Below are positions 22,804 through 35,700 of a DNA stretch of 64,000 bases, one piece after another. The notes below the pieces were generated by a model that searched no databases, was not told the DNA's origin, and was given only the letters and a program-made list of their open reading frames with translations. A program made the translations under genes and the position numbers. How positions within the stretch are numbered: position 1 is the stretch's first letter; each line of letters begins with the position of its first letter. The stretch covers positions 86,988,001 through 87,052,000 of the forward strand of contig OZ076409.1 in NCBI GenBank assembly GCA_964187785.1, in the 5' to 3' direction. This DNA comes from Amphiscolops sp. MND2022. Taxonomy: Eukaryota.

Positions 22804-25800
22804 TCCCCTTTTCTCTATTCGCCCACGAGGACATGTATTTTATTTGGGACTGCTCTGACTATATCTTTTGACTTCTCATGAACAAATTATATCTTCGGAC
22901 AAATACATCAACAAATGGACTCAGTGGCGAATAATACAATAAAAGCCACAAACAGTCTGCAAGCACAATATTACAACAAATACAAAACCAGTTTGAGATA
23001 CAACAGAAATGAATTAGAAACAAATGTACACTATGTACATTTAGGACTTAGATGAACTTGGCCCAGTTTCCTGTACAGACTCTGTAGCCCCGAATGACGC
23101 GCTAACACTATCTTCAGTTGATGGGCTAGAGGTCAGTATGTCCGCTTGACGGCAAACTGGCCCAGCAGTTCGCTCATTTGACTCAGCAGTATCTTCAGTC
23201 ACCAGGAATCCAGTGAACTGCTGGACCTCATTATCTTCAGAATGTTGTGTTGGATTTTCTTCAAGTTGTTCTCAGACGACATGTCTAAATAGAACGAAAT
23301 AAATTCAAGCGGGAACCTTCCTTAATTAAAGTCCATTTACCGCATATAAAATCTCCGGAGTAGATAGAATCGAACCCAAGTGAACACTTGTGTTATATGG
23401 ACAGGAAGTACTTGAACAAGATGAAGGCCTTGATCAAGCCTCTTCGAGTTCAAAATCAAAAATCGAAACTAATGAAAGAAAACCTTCATAACAACACACC
23501 TATATGGATATCTGCTGGGAAAATGATGGCTGTTGCGTCTAAATTGAAAATTTCGGACTGTTGGTTGTGATTCCTGAAGAGAACAATTTGACTGTGTGTC
23601 ACTGCCGAAAGTGTTGTCCGCAAATCCAAGAGTTAGTTGGCAAAGAGACCTTGAGTCCACTCTGATGGCAAGTGAAGAGTAGCAAGGCAAAGGACTGTGA
23701 TTTCTTCCAAAGAAGGTGAATAAGACGGAAACTGGCAGAGAACTGCTAAGTGGGGACTCGATGTCGATTATCCGGGGCGAGCCCAAGGTAACCCACGGGA
23801 GTAAGGATGAGTGCACAGAACGTCCCAAGAAGATAATATAAAAGAAGACTACAGGTAAAACCGACTAGAAGACTGACTGTGGATTAAATACAAGACGATT
23901 AAATGCGACGTTGGCTAAATACTGAGTAATATGAATGATTAATAAAGATATAGAATTGAGTGGAGAAATGGGCAATGTAACAAAGACTGACACAATGTCG
24001 ATAAAGTAACTGGAGTACGTGGCTATACAATTTATTGTCAAATTTACAGGTATTTGGACTTAATGTCAATACGTGTCAACTTATGGATTTTATCAAAATC
24101 TGTGAGCAGAATCTCCTGAGAAACCGAGTACAGCCATGCGCCGTAGACAGCCAGGCAGTAGTTGGCGCTTGGACGACAAGGCCTAATTATTACAAAACTT
24201 TGTTGCTACTGTTTCCAGCGCTGTATTATTAATGTTCAAATGTCTTTTGGCTTGGCGTGGTGGACCACAGGTCCAAATTTAGACTGACCAATTAGAAGCG
24301 CTTATTTATTTCATATTATTGTTGCTGTGATTAAATACGTGTACGTGTTCAATTAAATTAAATGGACGAGTAAGGCCATGCAATGTACACAGCCTGGCGT
24401 AGCGGACCACAGGTCCTTAATTTAAATCATCCAATCACATGCCGCTATTCACTGTTCTTATTAATTGTACGCAGTAAATAGAATTAAAGGCCACGCTGGC
24501 CATGCAGTATTTAGTGACGTTATAATAGGACGGGCAGCCATTGTGGCTTTCCTTTTTTGAAGCGATGCTATTAATTTATCAAGTCCTGAGCTAATATAAA
24601 GCAGTTGAAATGTATTTTAATCAATGCTTATCGATGCTTTGAAACCAGTCCTTGATGTCCCTTGGCCATTAACGCCAAGGACAGTCCACCAGTCCCTGAT
24701 ATTAGTAAAATAGTCCCCACCCGATATTTTATCCATTCACCTGTATTAAAGGACATGATGGCCATAAACCAATACCACCTTTGTACACATGCAGATTATT
24801 ATGTAACCATGTCACTTGTATTATGGATGTTGCAAAATGTTGTGGACATGAAGGCCATATAATTTGTTGCTTCTATACTTGTAAAATGTTCTCGTTACAG
24901 CATATAAAAGGATTGCAATGTGTTTCGGACATCATTTGAGAGACCTATTGTCCTAATAACCAAAGTCGGACGGCACAGTAATCTATCAAGCGATGAAGAC
25001 GACCACATGGATCGTGTCAGTGTGGGGTCAGCAGGAACGTTTCTCCTTATGCCAGGGGGAGTGTCGCAGGCTGCCACCTGTGATCTTATTTTAATTTATG
25101 TCCCTTTGTGTCGTCTTGGACAGCCAGTCCGGTTGAATTTAGACCAATCAAATTGCAGTATTAGTATGAGTGCTCTGAGTTTGTGCTTTTAATTATTGGA
25201 CGCGATGGCCGTTCACTGCTTGTCAACTAATAAACCAGTACGTTTGCGGCAGTTGGACATTGAGTCCCAATTTAGATTTTAAGTGCTGTTAACTTTCATT
25301 TAAATGCCATTCACGGCTGTCCACCTAAATAATTCTCTCACTTATGGCTAGTGGACAGCTAGTCCGGTTAAACATTAACCAATCACAGCGCAGTACGCTT
25401 GCTGAACACTCCCATCTAGTATAGCAGTTATTTGTATTGTCGGTGTTATGGCAGTGGGACTACCAGTCCAATTTAAAGATGAAAGTGCAATATATTATGC
25501 AAAGATGCAATTAATAGTTTTGTACGGCCCTTAAGGCCTATAACAAATTGTTGCTACATACATACATACATTTTCGTTGTTGAAATTCATTCATCGAAAT
25601 TGTGCTGGACTTTCAGTCCTTCCCCCCCTTCTCTGAAGCTATCTCAAATGGGAAACTAATTCCCATGAATACCCAGTATTATGTCGTCTATTATAGGTTA
25701 CGGTCCTTGTGTCTACTTGCCATTCCTTTCCACATGCTATACATGCAGTTTAATTTAAAATGCTTTACATGTAGTTTTATTAAACATGTTCCATTTAGAC

Positions 25801-26699
25801 GGCCTTCAGGGCCACGTGGATATTTGTTGACGCTGTTACTATATATAGATATATATTGACTGTGTCATGTTGCTGCTATAATTAGAACTACGTCATTGTG
25901 TGTTTGTAAGGACACGCAGTCCTTTGTAGCTATTTTTAGAACACTTGCTCTAAAATTAGATTGATGATACCCTATATTTTGTATGTCATGCATATTTTAG
26001 TATAAATACTCGGGACTCCTAGTCCTGAGGACACAATTTTGATCAGTAACTCTATTATTGAGACCAATTGTCAAACTCACTTTATTTTACCATAAAAGAA
26101 GTAATTGACTTCTTTCCATACAAATACTTTCTTCAACAAGAAGACAAAAGGCTGAATTAGACGTTCTAGAGAAATGGACACGATGTCCAATGATAACGAC
26201 AGGGACATGATGCTTGGTGGAATCAATTCAAATTGTATAGAAAAGAAATTCGAGATTGTATTAAATCATTCTCTCCGCCAAGGTGACACCGAGGCTATTC
26301 TTACTTACAAAATTCCTTCACAGCAAATTGAGAATAGAAACATTGGCTGTAGAATTGAGACCACTAGGTCAGATAGACACTTAGAGTCTATGGAACTGTT
26401 ATCAGAGGAATTGAATCTCAGGTTATCCCAAGTGACGGATTCACTTATGAACATCCTTCAAGTCCAGATAACTAGAACGATCAATTCTGCCATCAATGAT
26501 AAAATGGTCCCCGAGATACAAAATATCACGGGTACGCTGTCTTCAGGACAGAGGGACACTGAGTCCGGTTCGTCACCAAATAATCAGGATAATACAGAAG
26601 GAACTAACGGGTTTATATCTAAAATTACAAAAAAGGACTCACGGTCCGCGTGTAATTCAAGAGACACAGACGACCGTAGTTCTTACAAATACCGAGGTC

Positions 26700-29600
26700 T
26701 ATACATTTACAGAGTTGACTCATTCCTATAAAGTTTACTGCAATACAACTAAATGTATTTGTGCTATACATGCACTAAAGCTTTTTTGTTTTTCAGCTTG
26801 CTTTGCAACTTTGACGCCACTTGGCAATTAATTCTCAGCTTGTTCAACTATGGGCGGTTGTGGTTGATTGTTCCAAGTTGCTATTTCTAGGTGAAAGTTG
26901 GGTTACCATGATGTTGTGACAGTAAAAGTCTGTTTGTTTCGGTTCTGTTTCACTTCTCGCCTTTTTGTCTCAATTTTGCTTTCCTTTCCTGGTTATTGCT
27001 TCACTTGTTTTTCTTCCGGGCTATTTTGTTCCGTTTCGTCTATCTCTGCTTTTTGTCCGTTGTTTGTTTCTGCAGGCTACTTTTATGTCTCTGACATTTT
27101 TAAAAGTCGTGGTAGTATTTTTTGATCATTCTGAATCTTGGATTCCTGCCTTTCTCTCAGTTTTGCTCTTCTCGCTTTTTGTTTAGTATTTGTCAGTGCA
27201 GCTGGTTGCCGTTTGTTCATTGGCTGTTCGTCGTCACTTGCTTCTTTATCAATGACTAATTCATCTTGCAGTGGACTACTCTCGTCGCTTTCAAATACCT
27301 CGGTTTCCGCCATTTCGTTCTCGCTTGTTGTTGGTAATTGTGCTGCCTTTTCGCTCTTTGTTCTGGTTTGCGATGCTGAACAGCTTTGTTGCCGATCCCA
27401 TCTGCCCACGTACCTCTTTGATACCACAGTTGACTCTTATCGTCTAGCGGGTAGAAAAGTAATGGTGTTGTTTCTTTGTTCTAGAAGCAAACCCATCCTC
27501 TCCTGGTGAGCGCCTTCTTACTTTAACTCTTTTGGTCGTTCGCGCAAAGAGTAGTTGAATCTTGTTCTCATTCGAAATCTTCTTCTCCGAGTTCCCAGGC
27601 TGGAGTTTCTGAAGCTCAGCGACAGGTGTTAGTAACCATGCGTTTTACCGTGTTCGATTTACAGTTTTCGGTATATATTTCGTATGGCGAATGATTTTTC
27701 GCTGATGATTCGTTCTGACTGCAAATAGACTTTCCAAGAAGACTGATTTATTTTTCGTTTTTGTCTCTAAGCCTCTCGTTGTTAGTGCATATAAATAGTT
27801 CTGTTCTTCTATATTCTTTATGTTCCCTTATTCGACAATCAATTTGAATGATAAACCTTTTTCTACACAATTCTTTAAATGTGTTTTCTTGGCAAAGTTC
27901 GGAAATTGGTGGTTGGACCTGTTTTTTTACCGTATTCCGTGTCTGGCGTTTTTTCAAAATTTCAAAGACATTCTCTGTATTCGGTTCTCAGAATAAATTT
28001 ACTTCTGGTTATCCAGTATGGTGGTTGATGTATTCCTTAATTGATACTATTGATATTTCTTTGCCCCTCTGAATAGGCCCTGAGAAAACTAGCGCTTTTT
28101 CTTGGTTTCCTTCAGTACTCATTGGCAGTTTGCCTATTTTGTTGTCTTAGAAGCAGTTTATTTTTTACCGGCAGTTTGCAATTCACGACACTTTCTGGCA
28201 ATTCCCACGACATCACGAGGCAGATGAGGCGGCCACCACACATTAGAGAAATATCACCAGCGTGCTGTCTGGTCCTGCATGTTCATGGAGCAGACTTCTG
28301 AGCAATATTGGCCGTAACGCCTTTGATACAACTAATCTTTCGTCAATGTACAAATAATCATGCTTGTCCAGACAGAAGCGCTTCAATAATTTTCTCCAGG
28401 TGGCTGGTAGACAAAAAATTTAAGCTGAATCCGATTTTTACATTAGCGCAATAAAATTCGTCTATTCAAAGACAAATTCGTCTTCTTCAAAATGGGACGC
28501 GAATGTAAAGATCCTGGGGTTTCTAATAGTTCTATTTGATTCGAAGAATAGCAGCGACGGTGGTTTCCAGTTTCAGCGGCGGTTTCGTTGCAGCTTTATT
28601 ATTATTTTTCGACCCACATTTTCAATGGGGAGGAAAATCATCATCTGTGTTGCGTTTTTTTCTCCAAATTCTGCCAAATCTCCAAGCTCCATCACTTGAC
28701 TATTGAGTTACTTGACTATTTTAGTAGGAGGGGGGAATATGATCTAAAGTCAAACAAGGGAATGAGATTCAAAGGGAACAAGATCTAAAATTTAAGGACG
28801 AGTATAAAATCTGATGGGAATAAGATCTAAAGTAAAAATGGCATTAGGATCCAAAGGGAATAAAATCCAAAATTTCAGGACGGGAAAAAGATCTAAAGGG
28901 AATAAGATCTAAAATCACTAAATTTTAGATCTTATTATTTAGATCCTATTCACCTCCTAAAATAGCTATGGCTCAAGTGATGAAGGCGAAAAGGGAGGAA
29001 AATATCCCGGTGCTTAGCGGGCGTCTTGTTGCTTTTTCATACGTTTCGCTAGTGGATTTGCTAGCCATTTTAAGACTGCTGGCGTTTGAATTGATTGAGG
29101 CCATTATGCTCTTTTCTGTTCGTTTGCTTGGTCTATTTAGCTCGATCTCATTTGACCTACCGCCACTGTTTGTCGTTTCGCTTGTATTTGTTTCGGCCAG
29201 TTTCACTTTGTAAGTCACAACTTGATTTCCTGGCTCGCCGAATGAGAAGCATTCATAGTCCCAAGACTTGGATTTCTGTCCGAGTCACCCGACGTCAGCA
29301 TCTCTTCCAAGAAGATGTTCCTTTTGTCTTTGCTCAGTGTTGTACTAATATGGGTAAAATTGCAAGATCTCGTTCGAGCGAGATGTTTCTCCTCTTTTGG
29401 ATTGGAACTGACAGATATCAGGTTTCAATTCTTTCTGTACCGGCTCAATGATCTTTGGGTGTCTTACGGAACGTTTTCGGAGAGTTGTGTAACGTAGGAA
29501 ACACGGTAACAAGGATTGCTTGTGTTTGGTGGTTAGGCATTGCTGCTTTTATCAGTCGACAATTAGTTTAGTTTTAGGCAGTTTTTCCACTGTCTTCATT

Positions 29601-31215
29601 ATCACATCATGCAGTCGTTGGCTTGGAGTCCTCAGTCGGTGACGAATTTGGTGAAAAAAGTAGAAGGTACCATGTTCCATTTTCTTGGAAATGATAATAA
29701 TTAAACGAGTCCTTTCCGTCCACAAAAACACGTTCAATGCTGGCACAGTTTTTGAAAGTGAATTTCAGTTACTGACTGTGCATTTTCGAGGTCAAAACGT
29801 AACAGTAATCGTTCCATTTTAAAATAACCACTTACGATTACCATTCATTATCTCTTCTCGTTCCAATTTCAGGTTGAACTTGACTGTCCTCCTTGCTTCT
29901 GCTGTGTTCCTGTTGCGCATTTGTTGATGTGGATTTGGTCGTTCGTGGAATCGTTTTGACTCCAGTCACCATGTTACGACTACCTAACAGGGAATTTATT
30001 TGAGTAGTCGTTTTAAGTTTCATAGTGTTTGATGTAGGTGTCATTATTATGTTTTCAAGCTTTTCTGACTTCGAGTTTCCATAATTGAGTTGAGACGAAG
30101 AGTTTGAAAGAATTTGAATTTTGAAGAGATCGTTTCAACAACGGTGTAATTCAGTGCAACAATGATCACTAATACTTACTATTTTACTTTACAAAACCAA
30201 CATATTTATACCTTCCTAGCATCATTTGCTCCTCACCTAGAAATTTCTAGGTATCATGAAAATTGGGTTTGCTCACAGAAAAACACAGTTAATTCATATT
30301 TTTCAGTCCGGCATCTACAATTCAGGTATCAAAACTCCTCGTTACGTCAACTCTGCGTCACGATTGTTGAAATCATTATCGTTCTGCTTGAAAAAGCAGT
30401 AAACTCAAACTGTACTTAACAGTTTCATCGATGAAAGCACGCTGGCTTGAACAATTAGTCAACTTTCCAACCAAGGAATTAGGAAATCAAGACAAAACTA
30501 TGACTCCGGAAATTGGCAACGCAACTTAAACGGAGCAAATAATTTCACGACGCGAGCGGAAATACCTGAATATGGATGGAAAAGAACGAATACTACCGGA
30601 ATATCACATTTCAGTTATTGTCATTATTCTTTCCAGGAACATAAAACGACGTAAACATATCTAAGCTGAACATACAATCAAATAAATACTAAAAACAACG
30701 GAGACCTTCCGGCAGCAACCACACTTTGGAAAATGCTGATCAGAACATCGGTTAGGAACATAAACACGTTAGTACTTCGATTAACAGTTTCGATTTCATA
30801 GTATAAATGCAGAACACTCAATAAAAACAATGGTATGAACTTCATCTAAAAAGAAGTATCATTTCATTTGACGTTTTCCTTACGTTGCATTTTATTCACA
30901 AAATCTTTGCAATTCATCAAATCCTGAGAAAATATCCTACTAAATTGTGTTCCAGTCCCTAATTTGATAACTACAATCATACAATTGCTCCGTAACATCT
31001 CCGTGTGTATTGAAATTAGCTATAGCTGACCAGCGGTTGACTGAGCTTTAGAAAATCTTTCCCATTCTCTAATTAGAACGTCACAAAATCATTCCAAATA
31101 ACAAAGCATAGCTGTCTTGATGATGTCACAAAAAGCATTCCAATTAGTTCGCAAAAGTATTTTTAACCAAAGCAATTGCCTTTAAAGCGATAACAGCCGG
31201 GAGCTAGTTGTGACA
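26700..31215 (-). mobile_element. Degenerate, 3'-truncated Gypsy element with 5' LTR at 29972-31215
   Basis: LTR termini TGTTACGAC and CCGGGAGC...TGTGACA and the block CATATTTATACC..CC.AGCATCATTTG are shared with the 40912 element; PBS TGGTGACTGGAGT; integrase zinc-finger remnant near 28170-28400 (DERLVV..LH..H.G...WWP...C...AGK). Confidence 0.75.
28716..28965. mobile_element. MITE with internal GGGAATAAGATCTAAA repeats
   Basis: Imperfect TIR CTATTTTAG...GGAGG.GAATA.GATCTAAA at both ends; many 16-18-bp internal units. Confidence 0.6.
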
Positions 31216-31597
31216 GATATGGGGCCGACTTGGGCCGTTCCCGGCTTGTTCCTTCGAACCAGTCAGCCTATAGTCGGCGTTTTTACGCTATAGAAAGTGT
31301 TTGATACTGACAGTGACCAAATTTGTTTCTTGTAAAAAAACACAGCATCCAATATGAAAAATCAACTTGCTATTCGATGCCAAAGCGTTCGTTCTAGAAT
31401 TTTTTGGCACGGTGCGACTTTTGTTTGTCTTTGTTTGCCTTTGATTTGGTTTTTTGGACAGTTTGATTCCTGAAAAACGTTTTAATCTTCGTAGGGTTCA
31501 CATTCTTGGCTTTCATCGGCCCTCTGTGACGACAAGATCACTAAAATGTCACTTCTGTTGTTTATTACGAAGCTTTCTGAATCATATTGGAAAGCTG

Positions 31598-32229
31598 TTT
31601 TTAGTCGGCGCTTTTCTAGGGAAAGGTGCCCGACTCTTACAGTGGCTAGTTTTTTTTTCTTTTTTTTTCGTCAGACTACAATCTCACTCTGATTGGGCCA
31701 CTTTTCTTACAATCGAAACTACTAAAACTACTAGCATAAGAGGCCAAGTCCGGTCAGCGGAAATTAGTGCAAAAGGGTCCCCCCTTTCATTTTTTACCTT
31801 TTTTACGTAACCTACAAAACCGGAAGAGACCAAAGGGTCCCCCCTTTCAATTTTTTTTCGGCACTGTGCGAAATTTTTTTCGAAAATTTTTTAAGGTCTC
31901 AAAAGAGTCCCCCCTTCGAGTTTTTTGATATTTTGCAACAAAATGTATGTTAATAAATCCCAAAGTGTCCCCCCTTTTCATTTTTCGGCACTATGCGACA
32001 TTTTCGAAGTTTTTTCAAAAAAAATTTTTTCAAAAAAATTTTCAAATTTTATTTTGTTCCCAGTCGGGAAACAGTGATTTTCCAGTCATATAGAGCATGA
32101 AAGGCACACTTTGGGTGTCTCCAAAGTGTTTTCAAAGCTTTTCATGAATACGTCCTGAGCATATTTAGAAAACTTTGCGCTTCTTGAGCCTTAGATATAG
32201 CGCCGACTTTAGACGTTCCCGTCTTGTTT
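31598..32229 (+). mobile_element. Complete Helentron/DINE-1-like non-autonomous element
   Basis: 5' AGTCGGCGCT with nearby inverted GCCCGACT; central AAAGGGTCCCCC units; 3' subterminal AGCGCCGACT, then hairpin AGACG-TTCC-CGTCT; T-rich flanks. Confidence 0.7.
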
Positions 32230-32709
32230 GTACTCAAAAGCCTTCGCGTTTTTCCACCGGTTAAAGGCGAGCATAGTTGAGACCTTCTAGTTTTATTCAG
32301 TTTTTTTATAACGTTACTTTTTCTTGTGAAACAATTCAGTCTAAAGATGTTCCTTTTCTTCCGAAAGAAGTTTTGTATGAACAGAGTGTTTTATATAGAT
32401 GAGTGTTTCTAAAAGTATTTTTGTATTGAGTGAAAAATACTTGAATGAAGTGTCTGCTTAGTTGACAATCTTATTTCAGTCCTTTTGTTTTACCCGTAAC
32501 TCAATACAACCGGGAACTTTGTCGTTTTTATCAGAGAGTGGTTCTGGCCTTTCGTTTTTTGCCTCATATTTGTAATGTCATTTTGTCATACAATGTCATA
32601 CTTGTAATGTCATTGCTCAGGTTGTTATGGTTTACACGATGATTTCGTTTTCGTTGGTATGTTTACACGTATAATTCTTAGGCTCATTTTCGCAACTATA
32701 ATCACTTAC

Positions 32710-35700
32710 TTTTATTGACATGTCGAAGGTCCATGGGTTGGTAATTTGCGAAGCAGTTGTTCCATGGCAAAGCAAGTTTAGATTCTCCAGGTCCTCAGAT
32801 GCTTGTTTGAGCCAGAGTTGAGCCAACCCAGGATGTGGGCCTCTGTAAGTCACTGAATTCCTGATCAGGTTTTCAATGGGACAGTTTATGTGTCTCGGAC
32901 GTTGATTAGTAGCACCTGTGGAAGTGGAGACATGTGCTCTCTGATAGTTATCAAATGCTTCAATTTCTCGTGTCATCCGTTGAAAATGTTGTACAACAAA
33001 GTTTTGTACAATTTCTTCACAACGTGAGTACTGGCGAAGATTATCGTTGGAAGCCTCGTTTCTGTCGTTTGTCTGTTGCCGTAACTGTTCTGCCCTTGCT
33101 TTCTCTATTTCTTGGGAAATCATTTGAGTCAAGGAACGTGTAAGAGTTTGCTGCTCTTCCGGACTTCGATACTTATGCATCACACTTTCAACCAACCTGG
33201 TATTTATTTCGTTCAAATTTTTTCGAAGTGAATCAACATCTTCGCAGTTTTGGCAAGCATTCCAGATTATTTGAGACATTTTTCTCAAATCGTCTTCCAT
33301 TGTCTCATCCGAGTTCTGATTATTCGAGGTAATTGAGCCACTTTGTTCATCGGGTTTCTCCTTGAATCCAAAAACTTTGCTCCCATCGACAATTTCCTCA
33401 TTATTACGGCTGTCCACTATGATTCTGAGTCTAGCCATTGTGATCGGATCTGTTGAAAAATCAGCCGGAGATTCTTCACTTACGAATTGTCCGAATTTAA
33501 AAATATCCTCGTCGCCAATTTGGGACTCTTTTATAGCAACAAACTCGTCCTTACGAAACTTTCTGAATGGATTATGTTCAATGATTGCGTGAAGGGAGAA
33601 AGGTACAGTAGTGCCGATACGCATTCTCTGTGCAATCAAATTTTCTTCTTCAGGGTCTGGACGTAGCTGAACACCTTTTTCAACAAGCTGCATTGTCGCT
33701 TCTTCTTCAGACTCGGCGTGGAAAAGAAGGTAGCCAATCAAATTAATTTGTTCCGGTGATGCATCTCGAATATCACATAGCTGTAAAACCTTCTTCACAA
33801 CTAGATTCAAGACATTTTTATTCATTTGACTATCTTCGTTGCAGACAAATACAATATTAATATTTGCTTGGGCGTCACGAGTTACTTCGAGTTTTGTTGA
33901 TTCAATAATGAAATCAGATGAGGTGTTATTATCTATTTTGATTTCGCATTTTAAAACAAGTTTTTTCACAGGCGTCAGTAGTATTCTGCTCATTTGCTTC
34001 AACTTGTTAATCTCAGTTCTCAAGAGGGTACGCCTTAAAGAGCCCTGGATGTAACCGATCGATGCCTCTAGATCGGTTTGAAGAACTCTTGCACAACGAT
34101 CATGAAAGCATTCACTTTTCATCTTTTCTGAAACAGCGTTCACGTCGAAACTTTCGGAACTTGAGTTTTCGACGTTGTAGCTGCTGGAGTCTATAGATAC
34201 AACTGCGATATTGCTGAAAAATTTGGGTCGCATCGAATTGGGAAGCTTGGACATTTCGTTCGCGACGTTCGTAATCTCCAAAATTCTGTTGTTTGGAATA
34301 AAACGTTCGAAATTGTTTACCTTTAAAGTCACGACGCGAAAAAAGCTATCATCATCAATGAGGACACAAGAACGTATATCGGCTAAACTTTCTTCACGAG
34401 TTTTCAGATAAACAGGTTGCGTATTGTCCAATAGGTCTAAATCCCGTCTTTTACAATTCTTCAGAAACCAGATGAAGTGGCGTTCGAGGCTTGCATACTT
34501 GCTTAGCATGTTCGGATTGTTCCGAATTCCACCTTGGAATTCATTTTTGAAAGTTTCCAAGACATAAATCACTTGCTGAAGGCTGAAAAGCTCCGTAGCT
34601 CCACAAGTTTTCAAAAGATCCCACAGTTGAAGATATTGAACAGAAGGTGCGTCTAAATATTCAGTCAAGATACATCTCTCTTCAGTTTGAAAGTCGCGGC
34701 AGTGACAATTGATTACTTTACTGACTTGTCGAGGTGGGAACATTGTTCCGCAATTCTCCACTTCAATGCACGGTAATTTGCTCAGTTCTTTCATATGTTG
34801 TCCCATCGAAGTAGTTCTGTTGCACAGATACTTGAGGCATGCAAAAATTTTTCGCTTGTCTGCTGAACGGAAGGAACACAATTTTGTCAAATTCTGGTAG
34901 ACCAAATCAACAGAAGGGCTAAAGTTGTCCCCTTTTTCGTCTATCCAAAATTGTTTCACCCGGGAAGGTTTTGCTGTGAGTAGTCCCCTTGTGAAAATTG
35001 AAACTGTGAATACCTGTGATTGAACCTGTGATTGACCCGTAAGTACTATTTCAGCGAATCTTTGACTCAAAACAGGGGTAACATGCTCAACGATGTCTAG
35101 AAATTCGTGGTCGAAACAGTAGTTTAACGGTTGCAAGCCATTTTTTTCTGTTTCACACACGTGGAGTACCTTCAACTTGTTATAATCCATTTGATTATAC
35201 TCAACTTTTTCAAATTCCTTGACAACTTTCTCCATTGTTTCAAAGTCCTCATTTTCCATTCTACTGTCAACCTGCATGAACTTACTGGCCAAAATGTTGA
35301 TGAAATGCCACAGTTCGTTTTTTGCAACTTTATGTTTGAGACCACACTTTCTCAAGAAAGGCAGCAGACATGTGTACTTTGAATGCACGAGCTCTGAAGA
35401 GGGTTTGAACCTTCTGTAAAAGAAATTAGTTCTGTCGAACAAATTCTTCAAATAGGTTTTCTTAGTGTCCATGTTCTGAACGATTTCAACTTGTTCAATA
35501 GCTGCAATTATCGCATTCCTGTCATGTGTGTTCAAATTGAATTCGAATTTGGCAGATAGATATTCCAGGTGGATTTGAACTATGGTGTCATTGCCATTTG
35601 GAAGCAAAAGCGGAATGATGAACTCAACATAAATTTGCGCAGTGGTTTTGGAAACAACCCCCATTCTTCTCTGCAGGTCTTTCTTTCCAGGAGATGCTTC

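Larger units (their letters stand above)
20056..26687 (+). mobile_element. Non-autonomous Gypsy LTR retrotransposon with 1626-bp LTRs, inside the sacsin intron
   Basis: LTRs 20056-21681 and 25062-26687 (about 14 differences by eye); perfect AATAC TSD; PBS TGGTGACAGGAGT at 21682; PPT AGGGGGAG at 25054-25061; gag and pol internally deleted. Confidence 0.95.

Noticed and set aside
31145..31200. Minus-strand peptide AVIALKAIALVKN as the next sacsin HEPN exon
   Set aside because: It lies inside LTR 29972-31215, has no good acceptor and stops quickly; exon 17885-17544 fits better.
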